DNA from: Lama guanicoe
Lineage: Eukaryota
Reading direction: 5' to 3'
Assembly (NCBI GenBank): GCA_013239625.1
Contig: MU053792.1
Span: forward strand, 197,618-261,617
DNA: 64,000 nucleotides
Shown: positions 1 to 11,757 of the stretch, piece after piece
Layout of the letters: the number at the start of each line of letters is the position of its first letter
Numbering within the stretch: the stretch's first letter is position 1
Position numbers and translations under genes: made by a program
The notes under the pieces: model-generated
Told to the model about the DNA's origin: nothing
The model's input: only the letters and a program-made list of their open reading frames with translations
The model's database searches: none

Positions 1-2432
1 CATCCCAGGGACACAAGGATGATTCAACATATGCAAATCAATCAATGTGATACACCACATCAACAAGAAAAAGGGCAAAAATCACATGATCATCTCAATA
101 TATGCAGAAAAAGCTTTTGATAAAATTCAACATCTATTTATGATAAAACCTCTAACCAAAGTGGGTATAGAGGGGACATGTTTCAACATAATAAAAGCTA
201 TTTATGACAAACCCACAACCAGCATAACACTCAGTGGTGAAAAGCTGAAAGCCTTTCCACTAAAATATGGTACAAGACAAGGATGCCCATTGTCACCACT
301 TCTATTCAATATAGTATTGGAAATCCTAGTCATAAAATCAGACAAGAAAAAGAAAAAAGGGATCCAAATTGGAAGAAAAGAAGTAAAATTGTCATTATAT
401 GCAGATGACATGATACTGTATATAGAAAACCCTAAAGACTCCAGCTCTCTACTAGAGCTGATAACAGAACATGGCCAGGTAGCAGGATACAAGTTTAACA
501 TGCAGAAATCAGTTGCATTTCTTTGCGTTAACAATGAAATATCAGAAAAGGAAAGTAAAGAAACAATCCCTTTTAAAATTACATCCAAAAAAATAAAATA
601 CTTAGAAATAAATCTGACCAAGGAAGTGAAAGACTTATACATGGAGAACAACAAAACATTGACTGAGGAAATTAAAGATGACTTAAAGAAATGGAAAGAT
701 ATCTCATGTTCTTGAATTGGAAGAATTAATATTATTAAAATGGTCATACTGCCCAAAGAAACCTACAGATGTAATACATTCCCTATCAAATTACCTGAAC
801 ATTTTTCACAAAACTAGAACAAATAATCCTAAAATGTATATGGAATCACAAAAAAACTCAGACTTACCAGAGCAATACTGAAGAAAAAGAATGAAGCCAG
901 AGGAATAACCCTCTGAGACTTCAGGCAATACTATAGAGCTACAGTCATCAAAACAGCATGATATTGGTACAAAAACAGACATATGGATCACTGAAACAGA
1001 ATAGAGAGCCCAGAAATGACTCCACAAACTTTTGGTCAATTAATCTTCAACAAAGGAGGCAAGAATACACAATGGAATAAAGACAGTCTCTTCAGCAAAT
1101 GGTGTTGGGATAACTGGACAGCTGCATGTATCTCAGTGAAGTTAGAACACTCCCTCACACCGTACACAAGAATAAACTCAAAATGGCTTAAAGACTTACA
1201 CATAAGACAAGACAAAATAAATCTCCTAGAAGGAACATAGGCAAAACATTATCTCACATACATCTCAGCAATGTTCTCTTAGGGCAGTCTACCCAAGCAA
1301 TAGAAATAAAAGCAAAAATAAACAAATGGGACCTGATTAAACTTACAAGCTTGTGCAGAGCAAAGGAAACCATAAGCAAAACAAAATGACAACCTACAGA
1401 ATGGGAGAAAATATTTGCAAAAAATGAAACTGACAAAAGCTTGATCTCCAGAATATATAAACAGCTCATATGACTTAATAAGAAAAAAACAAATAACCCA
1501 ATCCAAAAATGGGCAGAAGACCTAAACAAGCAATTCTCCAAGGAAGACATACAAATGACTAACAGACACATGAAAAAATGCTTAATATCACTAATTATCA
1601 GAGAAATGCAAATCAAAACTACAGTGAGGTATCACCTCACACCAGTTAGAATGGCCATCATTCAAAAGTCCACAAATGACAAATGCTGGAGAGGGTGTGC
1701 AGAAAAGGGGAACCCTCCTACACTGCTGGTGGGAATGCAGTTTGGTGCAGCCACTGTGGAAAACAGTATGGAGATTCCTCAAAAGACTAGGAATAGACTT
1801 ACCATCTGACCCAGCAATCCCATTCCTGGGCATACATCCAGAGGGAATCTTAATTCAGAAAGACACCTGCACCCCAATACTCATAGCAGCACTATTTACA
1901 GTAGCCTAGACATGGAAACAATCTAAATGTCCATTGACAGATGTCTGGATAAAGAAAATGTGGTATATTTATACAATGGAATACTACTCAGACATAAAAA
2001 ATGATAAAATAATGCAGCAATGTGGATGGCCCTGGAGAATGTCATTCTAAGTGAAGTAAACCAGAAAAGAAAGAAAAATACCATACGATATCACTTATAT
2101 GTGGAATCTGGAAAAAAAAAAGACAAATGAACTTGTATATAAAACAGAAACAGACTCACTGACATAGAATACAGGCTTGTGGTTGCCAGTGGGGAGGAGG
2201 GTGGGAAAGGATAAACTGGGAGTTCAAGATTTGCAGACACTGACTGGTATGTATAAAATAGATAAACAAGCTTATACTGTATAGCACAGGGAAATATATT
2301 CAATAACTTGTAGTAGCTTAAGGTGAAAAAGAGTATGAAAATGAATATGTGTATATTCATGTATGACAGAAGAATTGTGCTGTGCACCAGAAATTGACAC
2401 AACATTGTTAATTTATACCTCAAAAAAAAATT
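1..2432 (+). mobile_element. LINE-1, 3' half (degenerate ORF2 RT and C-terminal domain, 3' UTR, A-tail); runs off the left window edge
   Basis: ORF 47..715 has [18 protein letters not shown] and YADD RT motifs; later frames give L1 ORF2 C-terminal peptides ([14 protein letters not shown]); stops and frameshifts present; A-run at ~2422. Confidence 0.95.
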
Positions 2433-3609
2433 AGGCCATAGCATAAAGAGTCCATGTCTTACATCAGCAAACTCATACTAAAATACTCTATTTTTGTAAG
2501 ATAAATGTCAACAAAATTTTACATATGCTGCAAGTTTATACCATGTGTTTACATAGCTCTTTCCTAGGTACTTAAAACTTTCACATTGTACACCTCCCCA
2601 CTTTAAACAAGCTTTGCAGAGACTTGAAGCCACATCACTGTCAGAATAACGCGTGCAGTGCCGTAATACAAAAATGCATTTTGAAAGCTACTCGGTGAAC
2701 ACCAAACATTGTTTCTGTAAAAAATGGTTTTGGTGCATTTGTTGGCAGACACTTATCCACTGCATGTCAGAAACAGGGCCATTCGGGTATACTCTTTCAT
2801 TTTGAGCAGCCCCCACTTTCCCTTCCACGTTCACTATCATACAGTTCACTAAAACATGACTATCCGCTAAAAAAATTCACATTTTCTTTTGGCAGTGCAT
2901 CAGGTTTTTGGCATATTACTGGTTTAGGTGTTTCTAGGATATTAAACTTTTAAATATTCAATTAGTTTTCAACTCTTATATGCCTTAACTGGCTGCTTAT
3001 AATCAGATTCATCAGCTTTCAACAAGTAAATCTGCTAACACTAAATCTAATAACCTTAAATTAGTATTTTCCCCCAACAAGCAATAGAAAAAGCTGATTC
3101 CTTTATCATTCTCCAAATCTAAACCTGAATGGTTTCACTTGGTTACTCAAATGAGAACACTTAATATCGATATCAAGAAAAATTATCATTAATTTAGTTA
3201 TTTTAAGTTGCACTGATTTAACCATTACATCACAGTGCACATAATACATAAAACAAGATGAGGTCTAATTATATTTTCTACATTAATTAGCAGTTTTACA
3301 GATTAATTCCCTAGTGAATTTAGTCTGAAACAATTGCCAATTATCCTTAAATATGACTAAATTTAAACATTAGTGCTTCATCTTATTTTATGCCTGTACT
3401 TTAAATAAGGTTTTAAGTTGAAATATATGATTTAAAGAATAATCAAATTATTTAACCAAGATTTTTTTGCAATAACATTTTTCATTCTGAGAAGAAAAAG
3501 TACGTCTCTGTATGGAAGGTACAGTCTTTTGACAATAACAAAATAGCCCCAGAGGGATGTTCCAGGAATTGGAAATATACTCATGGATATATTTTACATC
3601 TATAAAGAC

Positions 3610-3830
3610 TAGGGGTCAGCAAACTATGGTCTCCACGTTCAAATTCAGCCTCATAGTTGTTTTTGTAAATAAAGTTTTATTGGAACACACCGACATTTAT
3701 TTTGTGCTTATTATCTATTGCTGATTCCATGCTACAACAGCAGATTTGAGCAGTTGTTATAGGAAACCAAAATGCTTAAAATATTTACCCTCTGACTCAT
3801 CAAAGAAAAGTGTGCCAACACATGCTCTAG
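3610..3830. mobile_element. MER58-like hAT-Charlie MITE
   Basis: taggggtcagcaaact...gtttttgtaaataaagttttattggaacac...gtgtgccaac; family assigned by recognition. Confidence 0.65.
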
Positions 3831-4784
3831 AGAGAAAGACACATCTATGTTCCTCTAACCTTCAATTTCCCTATATTTTCCTTAATAAGGAGAAATCTAG
3901 TTTCTCAGATATTTGTCCCTTGGTCTAATCGAGAGCTAAGCAGAAGATGGTAGATTTTTTTCTACTGAACATTCTGTATCTGGAATTGATTCGGGAGGCC
4001 ACAGTGTATGGCCAGGGCAGCAAAGATTAACTAAAGAGTATCATTTAGTTTAACACAGCACCAACACCATTTATTCACTTAACAAATATTCACTCAGCAC
4101 CTATTATGTGTCAGGTGCCATTTCCATGAGTTCGGGCTATGTTCATGAACAAAGCTGACAAAGATCCATACCTCACTGAGCTTACACTTCAGCAGGGAAA
4201 GCTATAATAAATAAATGAATGTTATCAAATGATTGAAAGTGACAATTGCTAAAGAAAAAAGAAAGTGGGCAGCAGTGTAAAGCGGCTGGGGATGCTGAAA
4301 CAGGGACTGGGACAGATGAGGGAATTTTGCCATATTAAGTAAGATAGATGGATAGATGGGCAAATAAGATGCTGCAGAAGTGAACAGTTTATTCTGCACT
4401 TGCAGCCAGAAGTAAGACAGAAACCGCATAAGGCTAGTAGATAGAGAACAAGTGACTTGCCCTTCTCCCAGGTACGCATTTAAACTCAGCCATTTCTTGG
4501 GGTTGAAGTGACGGCCCGTTAAAACCTTTGCCTGCATTTGCGTTTTCTCAGTGAGACCATCAGCCGGGTCGTCAGTCCTGTTCACAGTGAGGTTTGCTTC
4601 GTCCCTTAATCTTCGTAACTCACCCCTATTTAACACATTATTTTCCATCAAGTCAGCAAATATGCGACCCAGCACATTCCTTGCAATCGACTTCACCACG
4701 TTGACATAATCTTTTTGGCTCTGTAAGAATGATAGGATTTTAGATATGGACAGGGGCTTAGATAGCAAATTAAGAAAAACAAAT

Positions 4785-4928
4785 CTCCTGAAAAGCTTGA
4801 TAAGCAGAGCTTCCTGCACCCCATTCTCAGAAATTCTGATTTGATAGATCAGGGTGGAGCCCACGAATTTACATTTATAACAATTTCTGATGTGGTACCA
4901 AAGCTGCTGGTCTGCAGACCACACTTAG
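4785..4928. mobile_element. MER5A-like fragment
   Basis: ctcagaaattctgatttgatagatcagggtggagccc...gctgctggtctgcagaccacactt. Confidence 0.55.
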
Positions 4929-5161
4929 ACTAACAGCTATCTTGTTCAATCTTCTACTTTTGTACAGTTGGGGAAACTGAGGTCCAGAGAAGTGAAGCAA
5001 TTTCACTGTGTAAGTTAGTGAGAGCTGACTCAGTTTAGTCTTGGTATCACCCATGATCCCTTCACTTCCTGGCATTTTTATCAATACCTAATTTAAAAAT
5101 GCATTATACTTCAATATATATAGTAAAATACAAACATATTATACCTGTAAGAGTATGCATT

Positions 5162-5412
5162 TTTCTAACATCTTTATTGATTTATAATCATTTTACAATG
5201 TTGTGTCAAATTCCAATGTAGAGCACAATTTTTCAGTTATACATGAACATATATATATTCATTGTCACATGTTTTTCTCTGTGAGCTACCATAAGATCTT
5301 GTATATATTACCCTGCGCTATACCATATAATCTTGTTTATCTATTCTACAATTTTGAAATCCCAGTCTATCCCTTCCCACCCTCCGCCCCCTTGGCAACC
5401 ACAAGTTTGTAT
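5162..5412 (-). mobile_element. 5'-truncated L1 3'-end (lineage-type) in CASP12 intron 1
   Basis: Same sequence family as the 3' UTR at 2200-2430 and copies at 40.9, 52.3, 63.4 and 63.7 kb. Confidence 0.8.
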
Positions 5413-6699
5413 AAAAGAATGTATTTTTGCTTCCATGGGCAGAACTGGCAGGGCGGAGCTGTACGCAAAGATTGCACACACAAGCTGTACCTGGTTTGCT
5501 TGCTGCTGTAAATGAAAGTTCACACAGAGAGCAGAAACAGGGAGGACACTCAAGTTACTCTGCGTTTGAACTGCACGGTCTTTCACCCTGACAAGAGAAC
5601 ATTTATAAAATGGGTGAGGATTCTGGGTCCAAAGAAAACGAACCCAAAGAAAGGCTAAAACCACAAGGAAGTTTTAAGAACATAGGTCCAGATTTTCTAT
5701 ATTTTCCTTTTTCCCAAGAAGCTGTAACATATTACCTAAAACACTTTGTTAGTATGACCATCACTTTGCCCAAGCCGCCATCACTTACATTTCCAGAGTG
5801 AGACAGTTGTGTCTGGTGAGTGCCTCCCTCATGGCTCCTGCCCCGCCCCCTTTCTCCTGAGCTGTTTCTTGCCCAGTACACAGCCACGAACAGCAGACAA
5901 ACTGCAGCATCCCACCAGCCACTGCTGCTCCAGCTCCCCGGGAAGGGAAAGCAGCCTTCTTGCTTTGCTCTCAGTGGACCAGCGTGCTAACATTACCTAA
6001 ATGGGAAACTGCAGCTTCTCAGATTTTCTTGTTCTTTGCCAGGATAGAACTTGACTCTTCCTCTGATATAAAGCTTCTCTCCTTTGGAAAACAGGAAGCA
6101 GATACTGTCTTGTCGTCTTACTGTGACAAATTCCGGAGGATGAAAAGCACACACACACACACGCATGCACGTTTCTTTGTTCTATTTTCCAAGCTTTTTT
6201 TTTAACACAGTAGGTCAAATTGACCCTTATTTGTCTCTGTGTCACCCCTTAGGGACTGAATGGTAGAGGTGCCTCACTTAACTGTCTGCTCAACCCAGGA
6301 AATGAAGTGTGAATATGGAAGCCTTGATGGGAGTGTGAAACTGACTGAAAACTGCCAAACAATTTAAAAAAAAGAACAAAAAACAAGATGAAGACTCTGT
6401 TTTCATCTTTCCTCTTCTGCTATTTGTCAATTTTGGTTATTGTTTATCCTTGAGATTCATGTGTATATTTTATTTGTTAAATGCACAAGGAACTCTCACT
6501 TAAAAAATTTCCTATAATAATAGATAATTGTTTGCCATTAAAATGAAACAATAGAAAATTTTGTGAAATGAAGTAAGATCTTCCAGCTTCTTTAATTGCA
6601 CACTACAAAGTAACCACAATTAAATGTTTAGCTTGCATCTTTGTGATTTTTTTTCTTATGTGTTTAAAAAACACAATACAATACTGATTTTATTGATGG

Positions 6700-7175
6700 A
6701 CGCTGTCATTGGCCTCCTGTATCCAGGCCCTTTGCTCTGACTACAGACTGGCCTTATAACTTGGTTTTGTGACACAGTAGAGGGACATTGTGCAATTCTG
6801 AGCCCAGGTCTTTGGAAGCACTGTGCGCTCCTCCCTCCTGGATACCCAAACCTCCATGTGAGTGAGCCTGGGCTAGGCTGCTAGAAGAGTAAGAGACACC
6901 ACAGAAAGGAAGGGAAGTCCAGTTGTCTCAGCCAAGGTCACGCTAGACCAGCTTTAAGCTTTCCAAAGCCAGATGCTTTCCAAATATGTGAGAGAACTTA
7001 GTACTGTCAGTAGAAATGCTTCCCCTACATGCAGGTACCCTTAGACACATGGATAATCCCAGAGACAAGGAGAAACGCCCAGCTAACTGGTCGACTTGTG
7101 AATAACAGTAAGTGCTTATTGTTTTAAGCCACTGAGTTTAGAGGTAGTTTGTTACTCAGCAAGAGATAACTGACA
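6700..7175. mobile_element. MLT1-type (MaLR) LTR relic
   Basis: gtgcaattctgagcccaggtc...ttgttttaagccactgagtttagaggtagtttgttactcagcaagagataactgaca terminus. Confidence 0.6.
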
Positions 7176-9494
7176 AATACATATTTACCTATAACTTCTT
7201 TCTTGTATTATTGATAATTTGCTTTTTAAAAATTTGACAATGTACAACAAACATTTATAAAAGTCAACACATTAAGAACTATCTCATTTTTATGACTATA
7301 TATTAAAGTTTTGCTAGATTACAATTTAAAAATCTTTGTCAAATTAAAGCATACATATGGCAACTAATCCAGTAGTACAGAAAAATGTATGATTAAAAAC
7401 CACATTCTCCATTACATCTCTCCCCATCTTCTCTCCCATATCCTACATATCATTTCCCTAAATTATGTATGTTTTTATTTTCTGGTGATGATAATCTTCA
7501 GAACTCTCAATAACATGCCCATTTTATTCCTTTATTTTCTGATATATCAAATGCAATGTTGTTGATTACCGCATATGAAAAATGAGATGCAGTTCATTTA
7601 TACTGCCTCATTTAAATCCTATTCTACCTAATATTTGATGATACCATAGTTTAAAATTTTGATTAATTTTTAAATATTAAATAACCTATTAACCATTTCT
7701 TCTTCCATCTGTGTTGCTCAGTAGTTTAATTCTCTATGTAAGCTGATTTTAGTCGCCCCAACACAATTTCTTCCATCTTTACTCACCTCCAATTATGCCA
7801 TCACTTTTAATCTATATTTTTATTTTACTTTGTCAGCTTATTAAAATTTACATCCACTCCTGCATCTACAGCCAAGTCTACCGTGCTTGTCTGTAAAATA
7901 ACTAAAGTTAAAGAGCCAATGCAAAACCATTTACAGTATTTTTGGCCATGTATATATTGCAATCTGTCTAGCAAAGTGATACGTTGGGATTAAATTTCCT
8001 TCCCATTGGTCCCAAATCTCCCAAATAATTTTCCATTCGAAGAGAATATTTCTAGCCTCAGTATCTACTAACTTACAGTTACCTGGTCTCATATTGTTGG
8101 CCTTCACTCCTCCAGCTCCATCTAAGGCTAAGCCATCACTCTTTTCATTTGATTTATTCACTTTCACCTACTCAAGGACATTATTTAACAGTATTCCCCT
8201 TGTGCTCTTAACATCGTTAATTTTCCCACTTAATCATATCATTGCTATAACATAAAAGCACATTATAATATCCCATATTAAAAAATAAACTCTTGATCCC
8301 ACTTCCCCACAACTCAGAAGCATTGTCTGTCCTTTCTGTCTCCAAATGTGGTTTATTCTCTCTTGAGCCAGCTCGTCACCCTTTTCTCTTTACCCCTCAA
8401 CCAGAGCAACTCTTGTTAATGTAACCAGCGACTTCCACGTTGTTAAATTAAATGTTATACCTCAATTGTTATTCTGACCTATAGAAGCATTTCACACTGA
8501 TATTTGCACTTCTCCCTGAAACCCTTCATTCTAAATCACAGCCCTGTCTTGACTCCCCTGTTACTTCACCGGCTGCTTCTTCTAGTAACCCTTGCCAGTT
8601 AATTCACATCTTTCGTCTTTGCTCTAGTTTTTCTCACTTATTTAGCAGCCTCATCCAGTATTTTGATTTTCAGTACTGTTTATTTATAAGAAAGCAAATA
8701 AAAATGCTAATCTCTAGCCTAGGCCTGTTCCCTGAGTACCATATTCATACAGCCAGTATCAACTGGGCACCTATTGAAATGTCTGGTAGACATCTCAATT
8801 TTGATATCTCAAACCCCACCCCACCAATATACTACCTTCCAAGAATTCAGAGTAGAACACTTTTTTCCCCCTTTCTCAAAACTTTATGCAATCTGTTGGC
8901 TTTACCTTCAAAACATGAAGCTTGCTCAAAACCCTTCCTTCTAAGCTATTCTGACTGTATTACCTTCCAAACAAGCAGTATAAACAAACTGTCAGGTTCA
9001 AGAAGATACCCTGTTAGGTTTTCTTTGGGATTTTGTTGGGTTTATAGATTAATTTGAGTGGAAAATGGAAATCTTTTCATGTATTCATCTTCTCATCAAT
9101 AATGGAGGTATAGCCCTTATTTTAGTTAAATCTTCTTTTATGTCACCCAATATTAAAAAAAATTTTTTTCCATGTATAGTCTGCAAATATTTGTTTAGAA
9201 TTTTCTTTAAGTGTCTTATGATATCTTTTGCTTCTACAAAGAGAGGCTTTAAAGTACCAAAATAACAAAAAACAATACTTTCTAATAAATTGTCTTTCAA
9301 ATACAAGAATGATATTGAATGTTGTATATTGATTTGATTTCTTGCAAATGTGGGAACTTTATTATTCATTCTAAGAAATTTTTAATGAATAAAAGCATAT
9401 TTTCCAGGAATAGTGACGGTTTTGTTTCTTGTGTTCCAAACATTTTTGCTTTTGGTCTTATTGTCTTAGAAGTCTAGTGCAAAATTGAATAGGA

Positions 9495-9822
9495 TTATTA
9501 TTTTTTTTATTGAAGTATAGTTAATTTACAATGTTGCATTATTTTCTGCTGTACCATATAGTGATTCAGCCATACATATGTACATATACATTTTCTTTTT
9601 CACATTCTTTTTTTTATAGATTATTTCAAGAGGTTGAGTATAGTTCCCTGTGCTATACCATAGGAACTTGTTTATTTTATATATAGTAGTTCGTGTCTGC
9701 CAATCCCAAACTTCTAATTTATGCCCCCTCCTTTCTCCTTTGGTAACTATAAATTTGTTTTCTATGTCTGTGAGTCTATTTCTATTTTGTAAGTGAATTC
9801 ATTTATCTCATGTTTTAGAGAT
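9495..9822 (-). mobile_element. L1 3'-end fragment embedded in older L1ME-like sequence (~9000-10850)
   Basis: ttttattgaagtatagttaatttacaatgttg...; surrounding T-rich degenerate L1 antisense sequence. Confidence 0.7.
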
Positions 9823-11049
9823 AACACAATTATTTTTATTTAACATTTATTTAAAGACAATGCTTAAGTAGTTTTGCACAAGAGGGCTATAAATTTCCTC
9901 ACATTTAGTGTTTTTCCTCTGCTGCTATTTTCCTGGTAGGCTTTTATTAGATGCATCCTGTTAGATTAAGGAATTATTTTTGTCTCTGTTTTTCTAAGAC
10001 TTTTTATGTCATAAATGAGTTCTGAATACTATCGAATGACTTCTAAACCTCTTAAAATGTTACAGTTTTCCCTTTAATCTCTTATTTGAGGAACGCTATC
10101 ATAAATATTTTATTATTAAACTATAGCTGGATTCCCAGAGTAAATACTAGTTGGTTACAAATAATAATAATGTTTCATACATAGCTGGAATTTCTTTGCT
10201 AACTTCTTATTTAGAATGTTTTCATCAATATTTCTGAGAAATAATCCTATATTTTTCTAAATTTACCTCTATTTCTCTAGTTTATGTTTTTAATCAGTTT
10301 TGCACTAGCTTTGTATAAAAATTTAAGGAGTATAATATTTTTACTATTTAGAAGTGTTGAAGCAAAATTGAACTCATCAATTTCTTAAAAGTTTAGTAAG
10401 ATATTTCTTTACAATCATTTGGGTTTATTAAATATTTTTGCACTAGATATGACAAAGAAAAATTAATTTAATGTTTATTGATCCCATTTAGCTTTTTATT
10501 TTTTTATGTATTAATTTTGTTAACTTCCTTTTTCTAGAATCTCATTTATGTTATAAGTGATGTTCTCTTATGTTTTTTCTGTATTTATGTTTATCTATAT
10601 TTATTGTATCTTCCTATCTCTAATATTCTCTTTGTGCTAATTTTATTATTTAATATCACTCTTGCTGAATATCTACTATTTGACCAGTCTCTTTTGAAGG
10701 ACTAGCTTTTTTTTTTGGTTTTTCTTTTTTTACTATCTCAATAATGTTTTGTATTTTAATCTTTACTGTTTTCTCTTTTCTATTCTTAGTGGTTTATTAT
10801 TTTTCTGACTTCTCAAGTTGAATGCTTAGTTCATATGTTTTTCCTTGTTTTTCTATCTGTGTATGCATATGTTTTAAGTTATATGTTGGTATATGTACAT
10901 ATACACATGTATGTACATGTTTGTATATGTGTACTTTTTAATTTCCAACTGTGTGTAGATGTATGGCTGTCTTTGTGTAACTGGCTTTCTATTATGATCA
11001 TACAGTAGTCAGAGAATGAGGTCTCTATTTTTTCTCTCACAAATTTAAA

Positions 11050-11522
11050 TTTTTATTTTTATTATTTTTCACTTAAATATCATCAGTTTACAATGCTGTG
11101 TGAATTTCTGTACAGTATATTGATTCAGTTACACACATATATATATATTTCTTTTCATATTCTTTTTCATTGCAGGCTATTTCAATATATTGAATATAGT
11201 TCCCTGTGCTATTCAGTAAGACCTCATTGTTAGTCTATCTTATATATAGTAGTTAGAATCTGCAAACCACAAACTCCCAATGTATCCCTCCACCACCCCT
11301 TTCCCCTATGGTAACCGTAAGTTTGGTCTCAATGTCTTTGAACCTGTTTCTGTTTTGTAAATCAGTTCATTTGAGTCATTTTTTTAGATTCCATACATAA
11401 GTGGTATCATATGGTATTTTTCTCTTTCTGGCTTACTTCACTTAGTATGAAAATCTCTAGATTTATCCATGTTAATTAAAATTGCATAATTTTATTTCTT
11501 TTATGGCTAAGTAGTTTTCCAC

Positions 11523-11553
<31 letters not shown>

Positions 11554-11716
11554 GTATGTGTGTGTATGTGTGTGTATATATATATTCCATATATAGGTGA
11601 TATCATGTGGTATTTTTCTTTCTCTTTCTGGCTTACTTCACTTAGTGTGACAATCTCCAGGTCCATCCATGTTGCTGCAAATGGCATTATTTTATTCTTT
11701 TTTATGTCTGAGTAGA

Positions 11717-11757
<41 letters not shown>

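Larger units (their letters stand above)
4480..5922 (-). pseudogene. CASP12: Caspase-12 5' portion (exon 1 remnant and CARD exon 2), apparently inactivated
   Basis: Exon 2 (4480-4720) translates to SQKDYVNVVKSIARNVLGRIFADLMENNVLNRGEL...TEKTQMQAKVL...NPKKWLSL, a CASP12-type CARD (DLMENNVLN). Putative exon 1 (5916-5922) is GTGGCTG|gtggga. Exon 2 is 241 nt (not 3n) and its donor reads atgcgt. Syntenic position after CASP4. Confidence 0.8.

Noticed and set aside
3935..3980. Possible CASP12 exon 3 remnant
   Set aside because: There is an acceptor-like ttccag but no convincing peptide similarity or donor.
4202..4924. 240-aa ORF as an intronless CARD-only gene
   Set aside because: It has a non-ATG start inside a MER5 relic; only 4480-4720 is CARD-like and the rest is intron read-through.
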